NCBI GenBank assembly: GCA_000165425.1
Contig: CT868024.1
Coordinates: 1 to 64,000, forward strand
From: Paramecium tetraurelia
Lineage: Eukaryota
Direction of reading: 5' to 3'
Length of the DNA stretch: 64,000 bases
The first letter of the stretch is position 1. The number at the start of each line of letters is the position of its first letter. The notes below the pieces were generated by a model that was not told the origin of the DNA, did no database searches, and saw only the letters and a program-made list of their open reading frames with translations. This document shows, one piece after another, positions 51,873 to 64,000 of the stretch. Position numbers and translations under genes: made by a program.

Positions 51873-53688
51873 ATGGGAACATGTTAATAATGCAAATCGT
51901 ATGTTGAAATCAGCAATCTCACCATCATTGACTAGCTTAGCAATGATTTCATAGTAGTGTAAGACGATTATTAGCATCCTTTGTATGGCAAAGTCAACAT
52001 ACTTGAGTACAAAGAACCCAAACAATTTGATTTTAAATTAGTACATAAACTTATTACATTTGTAGAGAGAGAAGACTTTCAACAAGCACTACAATATTAT
52101 GAAGCCAAATTTTATGGGTTCAACCATCCCAACCTCTTAATCATACATGGTATCTCATCTTAATCTTACACTAGCAATGCAACATCGATAAATAGATCAA
52201 TTCTTTAACACCCAATACAAATTGTCACTCTTCCTAGATTACTATGAAACCACTCTCGCCTAAGAATTAATCTTCAGAAAGAAAATATACTTTGAAGAAA
52301 GAGAAATACTATTCTTTCTGGATTCCTTAATTGGTAGTTAGGCCTTCCTCCAATCCAAAGGTCATGCCTTGTCCTCCTTAAAATTCGACAAGATCTATCT
52401 CACCAATCTGCTTAATGGAGCTATCGCATTGAAAGTTCAAAGTCCTCTATTTGACCCCAAAGATTAGGAAATGGAATTCAATGCTTTATTTGATAAAATA
52501 ATAAAGGGAGAGTAAGTCAAATTGCAGGATTATCCATATCTCAGTCCAGAACAATGGCAAATGATTCACAACAAAAAGTTGGAATCTTATGATCTCTTTA
52601 AAAGCAATGTATTTGTACTTGGATTAGTAACAATATATTTGCATATTCTTTTAGATGATATTAGAACTGTGTTCTGTTCGTCAGAGTATCACCCTATATA
52701 AAGACTACATGATAGATCAGAACCTTTTAAATGATCAAATCAATAAAGTAAAAGAGAGATACGGGGAAGTATTACCCTTGCTTTTAGACGCAATGCTGTA
52801 TTATGATCCTAAAGTGAGATGCGACTTTTTATAGTTGGACGATCTATTGAATTTACAACAATTGTTAAATGGCAAAAGACTGTCTCAGATTTGGACTACC
52901 GAAGATTTCTAATATAGTTTCATCGAGAAGAAGGTATTCGGTTTGATAGACTAATTATAGGTTCATTTTACTACAAGGCAACACTCACTTATTCATCCAG
53001 AAGTGTAATCCTAATTATCTAATTAATCTTTATTGCAAAAAGGATCACATTTATCACTCAAATAAGTCTTATCAAAAAATTCAAAGGAGTCCAAAGCATC
53101 AAGTGTATAAATATTAATAAATAATCAAGTCTTTTATTTAAAAAAGAGAATCATATTCACCTCAAACACAAAAAAAGAATTTGTTTAAAAAATTCGAAAC
53201 AGAATAAGCTTCAAAAGGAGGCAGCAAGAAACTCATTACTTAAGATGGATTTGGAGTGGAATCATTAGCAAATGGCCTAACATATGAAGGTATATTTTAA
53301 GGGGGTAAAAAGTAAGGGTTAGGTAAGCTAATTAATGATGACAATGAGATTATTTATGAGGGATACTTCTTTGAAAACCAGTAAATTTTATATAAAATAT
53401 CAGATAAGATATCATCGTACAGGAGTACTCAAAAATTAAAATCCGCAACCATTAACTGCACCATTCAATTATAAAGATTTCAATACCTTAGGAAATATGT
53501 GGGTCAAATATGATGGAGATTTCAAAGAAGGTAAACAGGATGGATATGGTTAATTGACATTGTCTAATGCTGAAATCTATACTGGGCTTTTTAAAAATGG
53601 AGAAGTAAATGGAACTGGAGTGTTCTTAACTTTGGATGGCCAACATATCAAAGGCAAATGGGTAAATAATATCTTTCAAGAAGTATGA
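51873..53688 (+). CDS. N-acylated pseudokinase with C-terminal MORN repeats
   Basis: MGTCQQC start; kinase-fold remnants HPNLL, LDYYETTL, FEEREI, YLSPE, KSNVFVLGL without HRD/DFG; YEG/YDG..G.G MORN units at the end. Confidence 0.8.
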
Positions 53689-53755
53689 GTATAAAAAATT
53701 ATATATATATATATATCTATTGATCATAACTAAATTGTAATTCGAAATTATATAA

Positions 53756-54922
53756 TCATTTTAATGAAATCATACCCCAAAATTCACTATTGGCACTATG
53801 CCATATAAATTACTCCTCAACTTTATGACAGGATTTCTCAACTAATAATGTTCCATCAATGTCTCCACCTATTGTTGCCAATCCTAATAAATTAATTGCT
53901 TAATTGGCAATTAAAGATGATCCTATCATAATACCAACCCATTTCTTTAACATTAATTCCTCTGCTTTAATGAAATTTGCCACAGCACCTCGATATCCAG
54001 AAGATTTTTCTAACTTTACATTGACACCTGTCACAACCTTCTAAAGTTCTACCACATCCTATGAGGTCTTAATTGATTCATCAGCATAAATTTCTATTTT
54101 CTACTCCAAATACCTTTCCTTTACAATGTACCAAGGTTCCTTCTCGAAAATCAATGGGAAAGGTTGTTCAATCATATATAAAAAAGGTTTAATCTAAATC
54201 AATTCTGTGTTCAATAGATCTAAAAACTTGAGAGCAGTCTCAGGTTACCAACTGCTGTTGCAATCGATTGACAACAATCCACAGAAGTTATGATTACCTT
54301 TTATTACTTTATTGTATACTCCTATCAACACATTTCTAATGTACTCAAGATCTCCACCAACTTTTATTTTTATATTTGGTGTATATGGAAGACCAACATC
54401 CAACTATGAAATCACTTCATCTATATTATCTAATAAGGAAATCGTGTAAAAATTTCTTTTATTTGGCACTTTCAGCTTCTCATTGTTTTCATCGGATATC
54501 AATTAAGATATTTATTTGTTGGTCTTCTTACAATACCAATCAATTAAGGCACATTCAAATAATGATTTTGATGCCAAGTGAATGGGATCATTAGAAATTT
54601 AATCAAGTATTGATAATTGTGAATTCAGAAATTCTTTTGCTTCTCCATCTTCCATTTTGAAGTAAGGAGTTTATTTAAATTATTCAAATCCATCATACTT
54701 TTCCAAAGGTTTGATTGATTAAAACAGTTTGAAGAACACCTCAATGTCATCATAATCAGTAAAGTAGCAATTCTATTTTTTAGGAGGTAATCCAGCCTCT
54801 GCAATTCCAGTTGTTCCTAAATGGGTTATTTCCAAGTATGCATTAGTTCTTTAGGTTGTTACACTGTGATTGGTGCCAAATGGATTGACTAGATTTAGAA
54901 TGAAAGGTTATAATTTATACAT
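53756..54922 (-). CDS. Enolase-superfamily dipeptide epimerase-like protein (L-Ala-D/L-Glu epimerase family), 388 aa, intronless
   Basis: IKIKVG (KxK), SIDCN, IEQP, YADES (metal ligands), VNVKLEK (second Lys), GDIDG (DxD); 1167-nt open frame. Confidence 0.85.
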
Positions 54923-55713
54923 TATTATTATTATTAATAAGAATACTATTTATATCTAAATTTTATGAATTTCTACATTTAATATCCTAATAAATCAAAT
55001 AATTTTACAATCCTTTTCCATTCCTACAGTTATGAAGCTAATTATTTTTAATCTCTGCTTTTTTTAAAATCAAAAAAGTCTAAAAGAATTCATTTAATCC
55101 TTAATTCATGGAAAATTTTAATGCTAAAATTGATATTTCTAATCCTCTCTTTATAGATGAGCAAGATCGCAAAGTTAAACAAGTAAAGAGATCATTAACC
55201 AAAAAAATAAGTTGAAATTGTCTTCAACAATTTTCTGTTATCTTTCATATATAAATTATTTATGCATTCCAAATTTTATTCATCGTATTAGGTTCATGAT
55301 TATTCATTAAGATCAAAATTAATTTCCTTCTTTTTTTTTCTATCCAATTAATAATCTAAAACATTTAATAAATCTATTCATTTAATTATTCGTAATAAAT
55401 TCTTAAATCTAAGAAATTTCATTAACACCCTCTTAAATGGCATTTCCATATTTCAAATTACATAAGGAACCTTCAAAATCAAATTTATATTAAGTTGATT
55501 CAAGTTTTAATCGAATTGTTTAAATAAATAATCAAATATTATAGATTTAATTCGTTTGTTAGTAACTTCTACCAGGATAAATGCTAATATTGTATTAATC
55601 AATTATATACAGATTGAGACAAAAAAAGATGCATTGATATAATAAAATGATAAATAGAATATAGCAGACAGTTTAATTTAATACTTTTATTTATGTTATA
55701 AATTGCTTTTTCA

Positions 55714-58700
55714 TCATTTTAATTTATTTGCTCTTAAATTCTTTGATTACTTGACTTTTTGATTAACTGCAAAAAAACTTGTCTCCTCTTGATCTAAATT
55801 TGAATCTAAAAAGATTATTTAATAATCATACCTCCTGCTCTCTTTAATTATTGTTTATTTGGTTTATAATTTGAGAATAATTCTTGGATTTCTTATTCAA
55901 CCTCTTGCTTTTTAGATACTCTTTCAACTTTGGCTACTGGTTCTTCTGAGACTGATGACTCTAATGACACTTCCGAACCGGATGCATGAGATAACATACT
56001 AGAAATAATATCATTTTTATTTTGAGTCCAATCCAAGTAGATTCTTTCGAATTCATAAGGAGATAAATTGTCTGATTTCTAGTTGTCCTATGAAAATCTA
56101 CCTTTTTTGATTTACAAATCATTCTTAATCTTCTCCATAACTTCCTATTTTCTTATGCTCAATTCTTTTTCGTGATCGCTAACTGCTTAATTAACAGGCT
56201 TATCCAAATAATATCTTTCACCATCATTAATTTTATTGTTTGAGACAGCTTAAGTTTTTTAATTTCTCAAAAGTTCTTCAATTTTCTATTGGAATTCCTT
56301 ATCCTTATTCCTTTCATCAGTGACTGCATCTACATCTTATTCAACAACCTCAATCCTCTTTTTAACAATAACATCATCGCTGTTATGAATCTATCTAAGT
56401 TCTTCTACATTCTTCTTGATATCCTGATAAATTTATTATTCTTATTCTCTTGTTTCGACTCTCTTATTAGTAGATGCTTCTAATTCATGAACTAATTCAT
56501 TTACAATTTAATCAAACTATTCATCATGACTCATCTATTGTTTCTCCTTTTATTTCTTATTGATAATCTATTGATGTAATTATTCTTCGAATTTAATTTA
56601 CTTCTCATTTTGTTCAATCTTTAAGGATTTATCCTACTTCTAATTTTATTTCTTTTATTCCTTACTTACCTTAATAGAATTATGCTTCTCTTTCTTTTCT
56701 GGTTTATTCTGAGTGGCCTCTTCCTTATTTTCAACTGTATGTTCATCTTAATCATTTTCAATGCAATCTTATAAGTCCTCCAGATTTTCAATAACTTCTG
56801 CTTCGGATTAAGCAGCTACGTTGTCTTCGGATTCAGCTTCAGGAATTTAAGATTCATTGTAGAAAACTTCTATATTGTCTTCTTGAACTGTGCCTTCTCC
56901 ATTGATGTCTTCATTTGTAATAATATTGTCAGCTTCAACCTTGTCCTTTACTGAAATCTCCTTTTTCACCAATTATTTCTTCTTGATTTCTACTTAAGGT
57001 AAATCCTCGAATTTAGGTTCCTCTGTTGCAGTGGCATTTTCTAAGGTAATTTCATTGTCTTATTCATCAACTTATTATTGGATTTCTTATTGAACTTATT
57101 ATTCTTGTTATTGAGTAGATTGAATTTCAGTTTCTGATTTAGTAACATTTTCTTATTAAGGTTCAATTTAAGGTTAAGCATCATTAGAAATGGATTAATT
57201 ATTTTGTTATTCTGCTACTTTAGTATCTTATTATTATTAATCTACTTAATTAATTTATTATTATTAAACTACTTAATTATCTTATTATTATTCAATTACT
57301 TTATTATCTAATGATTCAACTACTTTACTAACCTTTTATTCAATCACTTTATTTTCTACTACCTAACTCTCTTATTAAACAACTACTTAATTCTCTTACT
57401 AATCTACTACAGAATTTTCGGTTACTTAATTCTCAATTTAATCAACCACTTAGTTTTAAACTCCAGTCTCTTATTAATTTTACTTATCAGTTTAAGTTTC
57501 TTAATTAACTTCAACATTTTAAGGTGCTTACTCTTATTTTTATTCTGTAATTGCCTCCTACTTTTAAGGAGCATCTTCAAATTGGATATCATAGTCTTTG
57601 TTGATATCTGATTCTTGATCATAATTAGAAAATTAATCACCAGTATCAACCATGACTCCATCACTCACAACAGCTTCATCATTTGATTAAACCTGACTTT
57701 CAAATATTTCTTCATTATCTAATTCGAAATCTTCTTATTGAATTTCATCTTATTATTATTAGTTTTAGGATTATTCTACAACATCTTAAGATTATTCTTA
57801 TTCATTTTAGTTGTCAATCTAATAATAATCTTCATTATAATTGTCATAATTCTCATCAGCTTCCTTATTTTGATCATATTAAATTGTTTATTAAACTTCA
57901 TCATTTTATTAATCCTCGCTATTTTATTCAACCTAATTGCCTTCTTAAATATCATTGTTTTATTCAACTTCATTGCTTTATTAAATATCATCATTTTATT
58001 CAACTTCATTATTCTATTAAACTATTTGCTCCTAAACAACAGGTTCAGTTTTTGCAGTATTTTATTCTTAAATAATTTGGTCTAATTCATTGTCTAAGTC
58101 ATCCAAATAGTAGTCATCATTTGAAGCAACATTAGTAGTGATAGAATCATTATTAGAATCAATAGTTAAATATTATTGATCCTCCTTAGAAATCTTAATC
58201 TCCTGTGTGTCGATAGCTTAAGTCTCTTATAATGCAGGTTATTCCAAAGAAGGTTGTTATTGACTAAGATTATCTAGTTCTTTTGCTAATTCATCCAATT
58301 ATGATTAGAATTAATCAAAAGTAGTTCCATCATTACTTAAACTTTTATTTAATATAACATCAGATTCCAATTATTCATAATCCAAAGTATATTCATCTTA
58401 AACAATGTTATCCTTAGTGATTTAATTAGCATTGATTTCTACTTCATCAGAAATCAAGGATTAAACATCAACATCAGCTTCTGCCAAATTCTAATCTCCA
58501 ATTATTTCGATTTCCTTTTCAGTCACATCCTTGATTGCATCAGTGATGATTTCAGATTACTTATAATTATCAGTATCTTCAACAATGATTGGAATTAAAT
58601 CAGAACTATCATTGGAAAATATGCTCAGGTCAACTTTCTCAACTTCGGCTTCAACTTTAACTACTTCTCCAATTAACTATTATTCTGGATTAGTTGCTTC

Positions 58701-60598
58701 TTAGACTACTACTTCAGCATCTGCATCAAAATATGAAGTGTCTTTAATAACAATCACATCATCTGGATCCAAATTCGAAACATTCAAACTATATAATTTG
58801 TTTGAAGGAGGCTTATCAGCTTGCTTCATATCATTTATAACTTCCTTCATTTTCTTAGTTAATTGATTCTTCTTTACTTTAAAATCTGGTGCTTCAGATT
58901 ACTTTTATTATTTTTCACTTTTTTAATTTTTCTCTTCCTTTGTAGATTATTATTATGTTTATTTAATTTTACTTTAATCCTCTGCTTTAACTTCAGTTTT
59001 AATTTCTGTATTAACTTCTGTTTTAACCTCTGTTGTAACTTCTGTTTTCTATTCAGCCTTAACTTCAGTTTTAACTTCTGTGTTGTCTTAAGCATCTGTG
59101 TTTGCTTAAACTTCATTATGACTCTCTTGAGCATGTACAGTGTCGAGTTCTTCACCATCACATTATGTATTTTCTTCAATAGGTTATCCCTACTAATCAT
59201 TATCACTAGCTTCAGTCTTCTCACTTGAATTTTTTTATTATTATTATTATTATTATTACTATTATTATGTTTCTGGGTTATTCTAAGGCTCTGAATCTGC
59301 TGGAGTAGCATCTTCTTCTCCTTAATCTTAATTTTTTGAATCAGGTTCAGTAGGTACAACCTTTACTTCTTCATCTGTTTTCACCACAATTTCTGAATCG
59401 TCAACCTTATGATTATCTGTTTATTAATTGATCTCTTCACTTTTTACAATTGGCTAGGCCTCTATTTTGATATCTTGAATCACAACCTCGTTTTATGAAT
59501 TATCATTATTTTACACCTGAGTTTCTTCTTTACTGTTTTCAACAGATATTTTATTAATATTTTTATCATTTAATGAATTTAATTCTTATTATTCTTAAGA
59601 GGCAATTTCAACAGATTCTTTTTATTCAACGTTTTCTTTTTATTATTCAGATTATGTTTATTTAATGTCAGTAGAAGTAGACTATTCAATAGATTCTGCT
59701 TAAGATTCGTTTTGATTTTAAGTTGAGATTTCAGAGTTTTTCTACTCTGTATTTTGTTGTACTTTATCCTCATTAGATGAAAGATTAGTCTCAACCTATT
59801 ATGTTGCATCTATATTCTAAGTTTCAATTTAATCTTCAACAACTTCTTAATTGCTTGATTAAATTTCAGTATTATCCTGAGCCTACACTTTTGTTTCACT
59901 ATTTGCAATTAAATTGTTTTAGACTTATTATTGGTCATTCTCTTTATTAGTATTTGTCAGTTATTCACTTTTTACATCTTATTATTATTATTCACTTTAT
60001 GCAACATTCTATTCTTCTTATTTGTTTATTTTACTTACAGAAACCGAAAACTTTTTCTATGAATTCTCATTTTCTAAGTCAGTTTAATTTGAATTATCCT
60101 TTGCTTGAACGTCATTATTTGAATTGGTGACAATTTCATTGGCTGATTACTCTACTGATGCGTTATCTTTTTTCTGAACTTTAATTGATATTTTCTTTTA
60201 TTAGCTTTCTGATTCCTTATTTTCTTAATTTGATTAGACTTAAGTGGTTTATGATTTTTCATTTGAAACTTCTGCTTTCATAAGGGGTTGTTTTTCAATT
60301 TCTAGTGATTTTTGTTACCAAATTTCAATGGATTAATCCTTTATTTCGTTCACTTCAACAGACCTACCTGTTTCAAGAAAACTTCTAAGCTGAATAGAAT
60401 GCATTTATACATAGCAACATCTTTCAATACTTTATTTTCTCGTAATTCATCCTATCTATATGCATTATCAAGTTCTCCACTCGATTCTTTTGAGTAAATT
60501 TAATTCGGCAATATAACTTTCACATTGATGGTTCCATGAATTTCTGTTGATTTCACTAACACCAATGTCAGCAGCAATATTCTAACAAATTTTAACAT
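55714..60598 (-). CDS. Very large secreted acidic low-complexity protein (Q/E/D/N/V-rich, roughly 1600 aa)
   Basis: MLKFVRILLLTLVLVKS signal-like start; long TAR-rich open frame with few introns; ends ETSFFAVNQKVKQSKNLRANKLK. Confidence 0.8.
57880..58025 (-). repeat. Coding tandem repeat, 36-nt unit (about NEVEQNDDIQQS)
   Basis: Recurrent ttattcaacttcatt / aatatcatcatttt units on the + strand. Confidence 0.75.
58960..59090 (-). repeat. Coding tandem repeat, 12-nt unit ((T/A)EVK-like)
   Basis: Recurrent ttaacttc(a/t)g(t/c) units on the + strand. Confidence 0.75.
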
Positions 60599-61709
60599 AT
60601 TAAAAATAATAATAATAAAAACGGATATATAACACTCCAACATCTAATCTTTAATACTCTTTTTTGTACATTATTCAAACAAGAATAGTTAATCATCTAT
60701 TTCATATTGATTTCAATCGAATTTGAAACAATCCTTAATACTTCATATCAATAGATACCTATAAATACTATTTGATAAAAAAGTTAATACATTTACTATT
60801 TCCAACTTAAAAATAATATAATCATTATACGATCTTAATAATAAACACTTTTGATAAGTATTTCCTCATGAATTATAAGTAGTTGACCTTTTCTTTTCTT
60901 GCTATTGTTTTAAAAACAGATGGATTTTTTATTTCATAATCAATTGTATTCAAAAACTTCAAACTTCTTTTCAGTTGGTGTTATTTAAGATTAATTAATA
61001 ATAAAATCAATCAATAATCTTAGATGTTTTGTTGACTGAATACTTTTCAGTATTTTACTCGTTATTTTCCTCCAATAAATCAGAATCTAAATCAATTTAT
61101 TTCATTAAAATTACTTTTACTTTTAAATAAAATAACATAAAATATAACAGTTCATCTTATATAGTATTAGATTCAAATGAATGATTCATCTTCTATTTCT
61201 TTTCATTTTGGACCTTAATTAATTAGCAGTTTTATTAAAACTTCGAACTTCTTTATAATTTTGATATTACAAAATTTAATTTTTTTGCAATATGTACATT
61301 ACGTGTCTTTCATTAAATGATTATGATTCTATTAAAAGTAATCAGCTCTCATTATAAGATCTAATTGATTGATATTTTAGAAAATCACAAATATTTAAAC
61401 TTCATGAAGTTGAATCTAGAAATTGAATTTCTTTAAATATTACACACATGCTCACTCCTTAGTTATTTTGGATAGAAGATTTAGAAAATGATTAGGGGCA
61501 ATCGAATTTTAATCATTAAACTGTTTAAAATAGTAAAGGCAAAGAATGAGTTTTTATACAATTTCATAAAATAGGATAGTTTAAAATGTAAATTTGATAT
61601 ATATTCAACATAATTTAAATATGTTGTTAAATTCAATTTAGTTAGAGATTTCTTTTGATTAACGATTGATAAATTCAGATGAGATTTATAATTATTATTT
61701 GTAAATTTA

Positions 61710-63770
61710 ATGATTCTGGGGACAGAAGTAAACGAATTTGTTTCAAATCGACAATAATCTAAAATTCATTATCTTTCTGAAGAGAACAAATCCTTGTAGG
61801 AATACATCCAAGACCTTGAGAATGCCTTAAAATTAAATAAATAGGCAATGTCCCTCACTTTAGATGGTTTGAATAAAAGACCATAGGTATGAAAGAGTGA
61901 CTATATAGTTGATATCAGATAATAGCACAATGTCAACTGGTTATAATTACTAGAATTCTTAGTTGGAGGGAGTAATCAAATTGCTCAATGAGGAAAATTA
62001 GAAACTAATTAATGGATTGTCTAATTAATAAAGAATCACTCAATAATTATAAACTAAATTATTATTGCAAGAATAGATATCTGAAGAATAATAGAATTAT
62101 TATAAGGATTTGATAGGAGATTTGGAATACAAATTAATAGAATTGAAGAGAAACATTCATGATAAAGAGTATGCGATCCAAGAGTTGGAGAGAATGAAAC
62201 CCATTCAAGAGAGAGAAGGTCAATTCGTCAAAATAATTGAAGTGGTCACTCCATCAGAATAGAACCTCAAATTGCATGAGGAATTAGAAAATGTGAGAAA
62301 TTTATTGAACAAAATCACTTAGGAAGCTTAAGCCATCAGTGAAACCAATAATGCCTTGAGAGAAGTGAATTATGTAAAGAATATTATGTAATAAAGAATC
62401 TAAAAAGAGAAATATTTAAAATGAGAATTGTGTTGAGAAGCTAAATTAATTTTTAGAGTATGAAAGGTAAAATTTGTCAATTTTATAATCAGATTTCGTC
62501 TATAATGAATATATAGATAAAACGGATGACAATCTTCAAATCAATAGAGAAGTTCAAAATCAAAGAGGCAAGTTGGAGCAATTGCATTAGGAATTGTATG
62601 GAACTTCAAGTTTGGGATATGGTTTCTCCCCAGAACCCTAACAACTCAAATACCTGAGCAAGAATGAACGTATGATTTACCAGGAGAAATTGCATAAGAT
62701 GGAAATGATGGTCAAAGGATTTAAGGAATTATTCGAAAAGGAGAAGAATGCTAATTTACATGTTAGAAAGTTATACAATGATCTATTGACGAAATATGAA
62801 TACATATTAGATACTAATGAATTGATAATCAAATCCAACAATTTGAAAGATGAAAGAAATGAAAAACAGTAAATTGAATTGCAATTCTACAAAAAACAAA
62901 GTTAGAGTCTGATGGAATAACTAAGAAATAGAAAAGCGTTCAATTCTATACCTTTAAATTAAGAATAAGATATTGCAGTAGGAGTGTTTAGTCCTAGATA
63001 TCAACAGAAATATTTGAATAACCAATCTCAATCATCATTTTCAAAAGTGCAATAGACAGGCTCAGATGATTTAGAAATTAAGAACTCAGCCAGATAATTG
63101 AATTCAAATAACTTCAACAAAGTTATCAAACCTCAATAAATTAATTCAGTGTAGAGTACTTGTGCAAAAAAGTAGATTCAACAACTAGAAATTTAAGATG
63201 ATAGTTCATCCCTTGAATAAGATAGATACATTTGTCAAACTGCTAGAGGAGAGAATCCAAAAATTAGTAAATTGACCTAACAACAATAATAGGGACAAAT
63301 TATTTAGTATTATGATATGACTAAATAAGAGTGCATTGACTTCTTGATGTCGATGTTCAATGATTATTTTAAAAAATTTGACGTAAACCATTTGATTATT
63401 TTTTCTTAGTTGAGTAATATCAAGAAGCAATAACTCATGAAATAAATGCAAAATAGTGGATTTGATAAAAAGTCCATTAAGAGATCCTATAGCAATCCCT
63501 TTTTGTATTTTTCTAATGTCAAGGCAATCACTTTCAATCAACCACCAAAATAGTCTGTTATTGCTCTTGTATTTAATTGTTCTATCGTAGGCAAAAAATG
63601 AAATTTAATAGCTATTGTCTGAATTATAAAGCAAAAAGTAAAAGCAAGTTTAGAATCAAGGCGATGGGGTCTTTAGTGTAGATGTATCCAAAATAGACTT
63701 AAAACAAAATAAAAGATAGATGTTTGATGATGATTTAAGCTTTATATCTAATTTAGATGACTAAGATTGA
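61710..63770 (+). CDS. Hypothetical coiled-coil protein
   Basis: YIQDLENALKLNKQA..IHDKEYAIQELE; several short introns; TGA 63768-63770. Confidence 0.75.
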
Positions 63771-63806
63771 TTAATGATTATAATTATATTTTTAATTAAT
63801 TAAGCG

Positions 63807-64000
63807 ATGTCTAAATAAGGTGTTAAAACAACTTCATCCACTTTAGCTGAATCGATGCGTTTTAGTGAAGTATCGCTAAGCCATTATAATTTCAGCATGA
63901 AGGTAGGCTCAAAAATCTTGCAGGTGCAAATTGAAATCACGTCTGATTCTCTCATCATAGAAGCCCTAGAAACAGCCATTGATTATTTTGTTCAAATTTA
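63807..64000 (+). CDS. 3'-partial hypothetical protein
   Basis: MSKQGVKTTSSTLAESMRFSEV.. open to the window end. Confidence 0.6.

Noticed and set aside
59236..59268. (TTA)n microsatellite
   Set aside because: It is a poly-Gln tract encoded by TAA/TAG on the minus strand, not an independent element
57422..59809. Overlapping hydrophobic or Lys-rich ORFs on both strands in the ORF track
   Set aside because: Off-frame and antisense shadows of the low-complexity minus-strand gene, whose real frame is full of TAA/TAG Gln codons
1..64000. tRNA, rRNA, telomeric repeats, transposase or reverse transcriptase genes, retained IESs inside genes
   Set aside because: None recognised by eye; the gene interruptions I examined were GT..AG introns or single-base lesions. 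A covariance-model scan and germline comparison would be needed to exclude small elements

Overview
Eukaryotic, very AT-rich, gene-dense DNA that reads cleanly only with the ciliate nuclear code (TAA/TAG = Gln, TGA the only stop) and 19-35 nt GT..AG introns. It is almost certainly Paramecium (aurelia-type) macronuclear DNA, supported by an ICL1-type centrin. The supplied ORF track uses the wrong code and ignores introns, so genes were re-read by hand; boundaries are manual and may be off by an exon. About 35 genes or pseudogenes are visible, including S10 carboxypeptidase, RBR ligase, three ADP/ATP carrier copies, UDP-sugar pyrophosphorylase, a ULK-like kinase, copine, MORN proteins, SFT2, centrin, a SHIPPO-repeat protein, a SNIP1-like FHA protein, PKG and a CNBD K+ channel. 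Most notable: (1) a near-perfect 1.3 kb inverted duplication of an ADP/ATP carrier gene around an 842 bp spacer, one copy frameshifted, plus a third divergent copy with an in-frame TGA; (2) two intronless enzymes suited to breaking down bacterial envelope material, a secreted GH162-like endo-beta-1,2-glucanase and an L-Ala-D/L-Glu epimerase-like protein; (3) a repeat-protein gene with one repeat per symmetric phase-2 exon and a decayed relative nearby; (4) an ATGA stop/start overlap between co-oriented ORFs. No tRNA, rRNA, CRISPR array, telomere tract or recognisable transposon was seen.
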